40,595 nucleotides of DNA, from IMG/VR virus record IMGVR_UViG_3300035703_000184, positions 1 to 40,595 of that record; one strand, 5' to 3'. Shown piece by piece: positions 34,407 to 40,595 of this stretch (positions are counted from its first letter, which is position 1; every line of letters starts with the position of its first letter). The notes below the pieces were generated by a model, which saw only the letters and a list, made by a program, of their open reading frames with translations, ran no database searches and was not told where the DNA came from. Made by a program: the position numbers and the translations under genes. This DNA comes from a virus (lineage: Duplodnaviria > Caudoviricetes).

Positions 34407-36014
34407 ATGCCATCAATTGCACGTTATTATAGCTCAACCGCTGCGAAGACAACACTGTCTAGCGCGATTGATGCGAGTACGACAAGCACAAGCTTGTCAC
34501 TGGCTGCTGCATCTGGTCTACCATCGCAGTATCCATTCACACTTATTCTTGAGAAAGATACCGCTAACGAAGAAATCGTAACGGTCACTGGTCTTGTTGG
34601 TACTGCGTATACAGTAACTCGTGGTGTTGATGGCACGAGCTCTAAAGCACACTCGGTTGGAGCAACTGTAGAACATGGTGTTTCCGCATTAGACTTCTCT
34701 GACTTCCGTTCTCATGAGGCAGCAACCAACGCACATGGAGTAACTGGAGATATTGTTGGAACTGGTGGAGCACAAACTCTTACATCTAAAACGTATTCGG
34801 GCGGAACGCTTTCTGGTTCATTTACATCTACTGCAACAATCACTGGCGGTACGATTACTGGTGCTGCAATTACTGGTCTTTCTACGCCAGCATCAACATC
34901 TGATGCTGCAACTAAAGCTTATGTAGATAATGTCGCTGGGTCTGCTACCGCAGCTGCTAGCTCCGCTACGGCTGCTGCAACTTCTGCTACCAGCGCTGCT
35001 AACTCAGCAACAGCTGCAGCAACTTCCGCAGCTAGTGCAGCAACTAGTGCGTCTTCAGCAGCTACCTCAGCTAGTACAATGGCAGCTAGCGTTAGCGCAG
35101 CAGCCACATCTGCTACCTCTGCAGCAGCATCCGCTACTGCAGCAGCAACCAGCGCATCATCTGCTTTAACTAGCCAAACCTCAGCTGCTACTTCGGCAAC
35201 GTCTGCTGCAGCAAGCGCTACCGCTGCTGCTACCTCTGCGACTTCTGCAGCCAACAGTGCAACTACTGCTGCTGCGTCCGTGGCTGCTATCCAGACTTCT
35301 GCAACCAGTGCTGCTAACTCGGCTACCGCTGCTGCTACCAGTGCAAGTTCTGCTGCAACGTCGGCATCAAGTGCGTTAACATCACAAACATCTGCTGCAA
35401 CCAGCGCTACAAGCGCTGCCAATAGTGCAACCGCTGCAGCAACAAGTGCTACATCGGCAGCTGCTTCAGCAGTTGTTGCAAACGATTGGGCAACACTTAC
35501 TTCTGGACCAGTAGCTGGTGGAGAATACTCTGCTAAGTATCATGCTCAGGCTGCAGCGACTAGTGCAACTTCTGCATCTACATCTGCAACATCAGCACAG
35601 ACCTCTGCCTCATCTGCAGCAACATCTGCATCTTCGGCTGCTACCTCAGCAAGTTCGGCGCAGACTTCTGCCACTAGCGCAGCAACTGTTTATGACCAAT
35701 TTGATGACAGATACCTTGGTTCTAAGACAACCCCACCAACGCTAGATAATGATGGTAATGCACTACTTACTGGTGCATTGTATTTTAACTCATCAACTGG
35801 TGAGATGTCAGTATGGACTGGTTCTGCCTGGGCTGCAATCAACTCAGCTAGTGCTTACTCAGCACCAACGCTTGGCTCAACACTTATTGCTTCTGGTACA
35901 ACGGTTACAACATTAAATGGTTTGACCAAACTTGTGTCAGCAACATTTGCATCTCTTGATTCTAACTCCAAAGAAATAGACATAACGCTCATGAACATCA
36001 TGGGCGCGTATTAA
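34407..36014 (+). CDS. Tail fibre with Ala/Ser/Thr-rich repeat shaft
   Basis: AATSATSAA repeats at about 34940-35690; FDDRYLG...DNDGNAL.TGALYFN. Confidence 0.75.
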   Translation: MPSIARYYSSTAAKTTLSSAIDASTTSTSLSLAAASGLPSQYPFTLILEKDTANEEIVTVTGLVGTAYTVTRGVDGTSSKAHSVGATVEHGVSALDFSDFRSHEAATNAHGVTGDIVGTGGAQTLTSKTYSGGTLSGSFTSTATITGGTITGAAITGLSTPASTSDAATKAYVDNVAGSATAAASSATAAATSATSAANSATAAATSAASAATSASSAATSASTMAASVSAAATSATSAAASATAAATSASSALTSQTSAATSATSAAASATAAATSATSAANSATTAAASVAAIQTSATSAANSATAAATSASSAATSASSALTSQTSAATSATSAANSATAAATSATSAAASAVVANDWATLTSGPVAGGEYSAKYHAQAAATSATSASTSATSAQTSASSAATSASSAATSASSAQTSATSAATVYDQFDDRYLGSKTTPPTLDNDGNALLTGALYFNSSTGEMSVWTGSAWAAINSASAYSAPTLGSTLIASGTTVTTLNGLTKLVSATFASLDSNSKEIDITLMNIMGAY

Positions 36015-36029
36015 GAAAGGTAGTAACTA

Positions 36030-36344
36030 ATGGCTACGACAACTAAAGTGCTGGCTAGAACTGCAGCAGCGACATCTAGCGCAACACTATACACAGCTCC
36101 TAATACGAGCACCCTGGCAGTGGTGACCAATATCGTCATTGCTAATACTGCAACTTCTCAGTCGACTGCAACTATCGCAATCGATGGCGTAGTGGTTGTA
36201 CCAGCGGTTAAGTTAGATGCTAACTCGGTAGTTGGGTTTGATATGAAGCAGGTTATTCCTGCTGATGCAACACCTAAAACAATTACTGGGTTTGCCTCAA
36301 CTACTGCAGTAAATATTCATATTAGTGGGGTGGAGATTAACTAA
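36030..36344 (+). CDS. Small tail-associated beta protein
   Basis: TLYTAP...VVTNIVIAN...HISGVEI. Confidence 0.65.
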   Translation: MATTTKVLARTAAATSSATLYTAPNTSTLAVVTNIVIANTATSQSTATIAIDGVVVVPAVKLDANSVVGFDMKQVIPADATPKTITGFASTTAVNIHISGVEIN

Positions 36345-37852
36345 TGACATTCCAACAATATCCTTTTAAGGGTGGTGTGCCAACAGGCACAGTTGCTCAA
36401 CGACCAGGAAGCCCAGCGACTGGTGATGTTTTTTACAACGGCACTGATGGTATTTTAGAAATTTACAACGGAACAGATTGGGTTCCTTGTTCTGCTCCTG
36501 CTGGAACTCCTGTTGTTACGGCAACAGATGTTGGAACATCAAGGGCTTATACAAGCGGCGCTCTTTCATTTACCTTTACGCCACAAGCAACTGGTGGTGC
36601 TCCATTAGGATATACCGCGGTATCAACTACAACTTCAACAGCTACGGTTTTTCAAACAACAACATCGTCAACAACTGTAACTCTCAGCGTTGGATTAGGT
36701 GGAACATATACATACTACGGTAATTCATATAATGGTTTTGGCACATCTCCAAACTCTGTTCCATCAGCAATTGAAGTAACTACTGTTCCACAAGCACCAA
36801 CCATTGGAACAGCAACTGCGTCTACTTCTCAAAACACTATTACTGTAACATGGACTAATGGAAGCAATGGTAATAAAAATCTTTCTGCTATTACTATTAC
36901 TCCATACCTAAATGGAACAACTGCTGCCACTTCTAGAACAGCAGCAACAACAAGTTCTACATCTTATACCTTTACAGAAGGTCAATTAGTAGCTGGCTCT
37001 TCTTATACCTTCAAAGTAAAAGCAACAAATGCTAATGGGGATAGTCTAGATTCTGATGCCTCTAACTCCGCAACTATGCCAAGTTTCATTTTTATTGATT
37101 TTCTTGTTGTCGCTGGTGGCGGTGGTGGCGGTGGTAACAACGGTGGCGGTGGTGGTGCAGGAGGTTACAGAACTTCTTACGGTACTTCTGGAGCCAATTC
37201 ATCGGCAGAACCCATAGCTGCTGTAAATAAATCAACAAACTACACAGTAACAGTTGGCGCTGGTGGCGCTCAGGGTCTAAACAATGGCGGAAACTCTGTA
37301 TTTGGAACCATAACATCTACTGGTGGCGGTGGTGCAAGCACTGATGATGCTGCTAGTAACAGCGGTGGTTCTGGCGGTGGTGGTAATGACGGCGGAAGTC
37401 GCGGACTTGGAACTGCCAATCAAGGTAACAACGGTGGAGTTGGTGGCGATGGCTACGGTGGCGCTGGTGGCGGTGGTGCAAGTGCAGTAGGAAGCGCTAC
37501 TCCAGACCAAGGTGGAAATAGAAATGGTGGTAATGGACTTGCTTCTACAATTACTGGAACTTCAGTAACCCGCGGAGGCGGTGGCGGTGGAAAATTTAGA
37601 ACTAATGGAAGCGAAGGTTCTGGTGGAACTGGTGGTGGAGGAACTTCAGGCTCTTCTGGTGGAACTGCAAATACAGGTGGCGGTGGCGGAAACGGCTTTG
37701 GCGGTGGTTCTGGTGTAGTTATTCTTCGTTGGCTTACTTCTTCTGGAAGTATTACAGTCGGTGCGGGGCTTACTGCCGATGCAACAGGAACTGATGGTTC
37801 TTATTCTTACAAGGTATTTACTGCTGGTAGCGGAAATGTGAGTTGGTCATAA
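36344..37852 (+). CDS. Putative receptor-binding protein with FN3 and glycine-rich domains
   Basis: VPQAPTIGTAT...YTFKVKATNANG; LVVAGGGGGG...GGSGVVILR. Confidence 0.75.
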   Translation: MTFQQYPFKGGVPTGTVAQRPGSPATGDVFYNGTDGILEIYNGTDWVPCSAPAGTPVVTATDVGTSRAYTSGALSFTFTPQATGGAPLGYTAVSTTTSTATVFQTTTSSTTVTLSVGLGGTYTYYGNSYNGFGTSPNSVPSAIEVTTVPQAPTIGTATASTSQNTITVTWTNGSNGNKNLSAITITPYLNGTTAATSRTAATTSSTSYTFTEGQLVAGSSYTFKVKATNANGDSLDSDASNSATMPSFIFIDFLVVAGGGGGGGNNGGGGGAGGYRTSYGTSGANSSAEPIAAVNKSTNYTVTVGAGGAQGLNNGGNSVFGTITSTGGGGASTDDAASNSGGSGGGGNDGGSRGLGTANQGNNGGVGGDGYGGAGGGGASAVGSATPDQGGNRNGGNGLASTITGTSVTRGGGGGGKFRTNGSEGSGGTGGGGTSGSSGGTANTGGGGGNGFGGGSGVVILRWLTSSGSITVGAGLTADATGTDGSYSYKVFTAGSGNVSWS

Positions 37853-38250
37853 TGGCACATTATGCTTTATTAGATGAAAACAATATAGTAGTTCAGGTAA
37901 TAACTGGAGTCGAAGAAAACGAACTTATAGAAGGAAAAACTCCAGAAGAATGGTATGGAGAATTTCATAACATGAGATGTCTTCGTACTTCATATAATAC
38001 ATATGCTAATACTCATAAGAGTGGCGGAGTCCCATTTAGAAAAAATTATGCTTCTAAAGGATTTATATATAGTCCAGAATTTGATGCATTTATACCGCCA
38101 AAACCTTATGATTCTTGGCTGCTAGACCGTAACACATTTCAATGGATACCCCCTACTCCAAAACCAGAAGATGGAGAAAATTATATTTGGAAATGGGATA
38201 ACTTTAATAAAGAATGGGTAAAAGTATTCTTTGAAATAATTAAAAAGTAA
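37852..38250 (+). CDS. Tail-fibre-associated protein
   Basis: MAHYALLDENNIVVQVI...TSYN...FRKNYA..G...DAFIPPKPY.SW. Confidence 0.7.
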   Translation: MAHYALLDENNIVVQVITGVEENELIEGKTPEEWYGEFHNMRCLRTSYNTYANTHKSGGVPFRKNYASKGFIYSPEFDAFIPPKPYDSWLLDRNTFQWIPPTPKPEDGENYIWKWDNFNKEWVKVFFEIIKK

Positions 38251-38263
38251 TAAGGAGATATAA

Positions 38264-38473
38264 ATGAATGAAAAAACTTTTGCAGCTATTAAAAGCTACG
38301 TCCGCCATTTTATCGGTGCTTGCCTTGCTGCCTTTACTGCTACTGGTGGGGATATCTTCACTCTTGACGCAGCGGGGCTCAAGGCTATCTTCACAGCAGG
38401 AGTCGTGGCAGTGTTGCCCGTCGTGCTCCGCGCTCTAGATACATCTGATTCAGCGTTCGGAAAGACAGAATAA
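38264..38473 (+). CDS. Putative holin
   Basis: Two hydrophobic segments; LRALD..D..FG; precedes endolysin. Confidence 0.7.
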   Translation: MNEKTFAAIKSYVRHFIGACLAAFTATGGDIFTLDAAGLKAIFTAGVVAVLPVVLRALDTSDSAFGKTE

Positions 38474-38667
38474 TGAGCACCAACGAATGGGCTGGTATCG
38501 CCGTAGCGGTTACCACAATAGTCGCCAGCTTTGCTGGCTCTGTTCGTTGGTTAGTCAAGCACTACCTTGCTGAACTTAAGCCGAATTCTGGCACAAGTAT
38601 GCGTGACTCCATCGACAGATTAGAGAAGCGCGTTGACAGTTTATTTGAACTAATAGCAGGAAAGTGA
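38473..38667 (+). CDS. Single-TM lysis-cassette protein
   Basis: TM segment then ELKPNSGTSMRD.IDRLE coiled coil. Confidence 0.7.
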   Translation: MSTNEWAGIAVAVTTIVASFAGSVRWLVKHYLAELKPNSGTSMRDSIDRLEKRVDSLFELIAGK

Positions 38668-38672
38668 AATGA

Positions 38673-39173
38673 ATGAAACCTGTAACCAAGAAAGCCACGC
38701 CTGCTGCTATTGCTGTGCTGCGCCAGGCGACGGCATTGTCGCCGAAGCGAAAGAAGTTGTCGGACGGATTGTTGCCAAGTGCAGCTCACCTGAAGGCGAG
38801 TCCAACTTCGGACCACAATACTGGGCTAGCAGTCGACCTCACCCATGACCCTGCCAATGGCATTGACTGTGCTGTTATCTTTGAAAAACTAAAAGAGGAT
38901 GCACGAGTCAAGTACCTAATCTTTCAAGGAAAGATTTGGTCTAAGGAAAGAGCCAAGCAAGGTAACAGAAAATATACTGGTAGCAATCCGCACAATAAAC
39001 ATCTGCATATTTCTATCAACGATGGTCATGGCAATGACACCAGTCCTTGGTTCTGGTGGATGAATCAACCAAAACTTATTAATCAAGTCAAGGCTGTAAT
39101 CAAGCCACTGCCAGATAAGAAAGTAATAAAGGAAGACACATCTAAGTGCTGCCAGCACTGTCCCAAGAAGTAG
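38673..39173 (+). CDS. Endolysin, M15/LAS-type zinc peptidase, catalytic domain only
   Basis: SDHNTGLAVD (H-x6-D) and HNKHLHIS (H-x-H). Confidence 0.75.
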   Translation: MKPVTKKATPAAIAVLRQATALSPKRKKLSDGLLPSAAHLKASPTSDHNTGLAVDLTHDPANGIDCAVIFEKLKEDARVKYLIFQGKIWSKERAKQGNRKYTGSNPHNKHLHISINDGHGNDTSPWFWWMNQPKLINQVKAVIKPLPDKKVIKEDTSKCCQHCPKK

Positions 39174-39182
39174 AGGTAAACC

Positions 39183-40595
39183 GTGGCAACTACGAATAAG
39201 GAACTTGTTGGCGACCTACCGATTATCCTTAGCCAAGCAATCCCAACAGCGCTTGTTAAATACAAGCGAGAGGATTTTGCTGCAAGCTATGCCATCGGTA
39301 ATACGCCATGGTTATCTGGGGCATCTGACCAGAACCGTATCAGTCGTATCACTACGACTTACCAGAAAGAACGTATTGACCAGGGAACATCTGCTGGTGA
39401 AAACTCTTTGTCTAACTGGTGGCTGCGGTCTGCTACATCTTGGCATCATGGTGCTGGAGAGCGTTACTATGACGCTGACGCATCTGACCAATATAGATTC
39501 TATGAATCCTACAATATGGATGTATGGAATATTGGTGAGATAAAACTATTACCTAAGACAACACAGGTATCAACAACAGCTATTACGGCTAAGCCAGCAA
39601 CAGTAACAAACGGAGCTTTCTATATTCAGGGTGGTAATGTCTATTACTACAACGGCTCAACTGGAGCTAGTACATCGACATCTCTTGCTACATCTGTAAC
39701 TGCTCAAGTTGTAGCTAGCGACGGTAACAGTGCAATCGTTGGTGCAAGTGATGGTATATACACAGTCAGCACATCGATGACCGTATCTAAGATTTGGGCT
39801 AAGCCAAATGGCGTAACAACATTTACAGTCCAGGCAATTGGTTTTGTCAAAGACCGCATTGTTATTGGAGTTAAAGAAGATACTACTCAGTCTGTAGTGT
39901 ACGAGCTATCTAGGTTTCCATCAGCAGCACCAGTAACTATTGGCAATACAGAAGAACGGTATACGTTCAAAGATACATCTATTGTATGGAACTCTGTTGG
40001 TGAACTTAACAGCGCCATCATTGTTGGCTACACGCTTGGCGCTATCAGCCGTGTATTGTCATTTGCTATTGATGAAGCATCACCTCTTGCTGCTATCAAA
40101 GACCCAATAGTTATTGCAGAGTTACCACGTGGTGAAACACTTCACCAGATACGTACATACCTAAATGAGTTTGTTGCTATGGCAACAACTGCTGGCGTTC
40201 GTATTGGTAACCAAAGCACAGACGGACTAGGGTTTACATACGGACCACTAAACGTGGTCGGAGATGTTCAAGACATTGCCTTCTATAACAGATATATATT
40301 TGCAACACGTAACTATGCAATCAATACCAACAAGGGTCTATGGCGTATTGACCTTGGTCAGCCAGTAGATAATGGGTATGCCTACGCTGCGGATTTATCT
40401 ACAGATTCATCTGATGTTATAGGTGTATCTTTCATTGGCACAACCGCACGTAAGTTTATGGTTGGTGTATCTGGAGTATGGGTTGAGCATGCAACCGAAC
40501 TTGCTACATCTGGAACTATTAGTTCTGGCTGGGTTCGTTGGGGTACTGCAGAAAATAAACAACCAGTATCTCTCGCTGTAAGAACAGATGGAACT
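39183..40595 (+). CDS. 5' part of putative tail structural protein (tail tubular B/nozzle-like)
   Basis: GAGG RBS, GTG start, open to the window end; WW.RS..SWHHGAG. Confidence 0.72.
   Translation, partial: MATTNKELVGDLPIILSQAIPTALVKYKREDFAASYAIGNTPWLSGASDQNRISRITTTYQKERIDQGTSAGENSLSNWWLRSATSWHHGAGERYYDADASDQYRFYESYNMDVWNIGEIKLLPKTTQVSTTAITAKPATVTNGAFYIQGGNVYYYNGSTGASTSTSLATSVTAQVVASDGNSAIVGASDGIYTVSTSMTVSKIWAKPNGVTTFTVQAIGFVKDRIVIGVKEDTTQSVVYELSRFPSAAPVTIGNTEERYTFKDTSIVWNSVGELNSAIIVGYTLGAISRVLSFAIDEASPLAAIKDPIVIAELPRGETLHQIRTYLNEFVAMATTAGVRIGNQSTDGLGFTYGPLNVVGDVQDIAFYNRYIFATRNYAINTNKGLWRIDLGQPVDNGYAYAADLSTDSSDVIGVSFIGTTARKFMVGVSGVWVEHATELATSGTISSGWVRWGTAENKQPVSLAVRTDGT
40414..40595. repeat. 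Terminal overlap, copy 2
   Basis: Matches 1-182 with one mismatch. Confidence 0.95.

Noticed and set aside
19004-35422. Long antisense ORFs (19004-19732, 19885-20388, 29211-29654, 34919-35422)
   Set aside because: Shadows of low-complexity sense genes.
34407-37852. Diversity-generating retroelement or invertible tail cassette
   Set aside because: No reverse transcriptase, invertase or template/variable repeat pair seen; the repeats are amino-acid-level low complexity.
1-40595. tRNA, rRNA, integrase/att site or stop-codon recoding
   Set aside because: None recognised; genes pack tightly under the standard code using all three stops.

Overview
The window is an apparently complete circular phage genome of about 40.4 kb. 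Bases 1-182 recur at 40414-40595 with one mismatch, and the join falls inside a tail gene. Gene content (WhiB factor, sigma-like factor, actinobacterial SLT transglycosylase, gp88-like and DUF932 proteins, N4-gp56-type capsid, no tape-measure or sheath genes) suggests a short-tailed lytic phage of Actinobacteria, probably a freshwater host; this is inference. Layout: (i) + strand replication/regulation block at 1279-9079; (ii) - strand block of small accessory genes at 9066-14871, punctuated by four copies of a covarying 8-bp hairpin element; (iii) a control region at about 14900-15880; (iv) + strand packaging, virion and lysis block from 15880 through the join to 901. I recognised no DNA polymerase, RNA polymerase, integrase, tRNA or CRISPR array. 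The most unusual observations are the covarying hairpin/TATATA elements, a Cas4/AddB-like nuclease and a primase each split around an intercalated gene, a pseudoknot-like leader before the scaffold/capsid genes, ACACGCCG (WhiA GACAC-like) boxes in three promoter regions, and three virion-block proteins sharing one variant LysM domain. All family assignments come from motif recognition by eye, not database searches.
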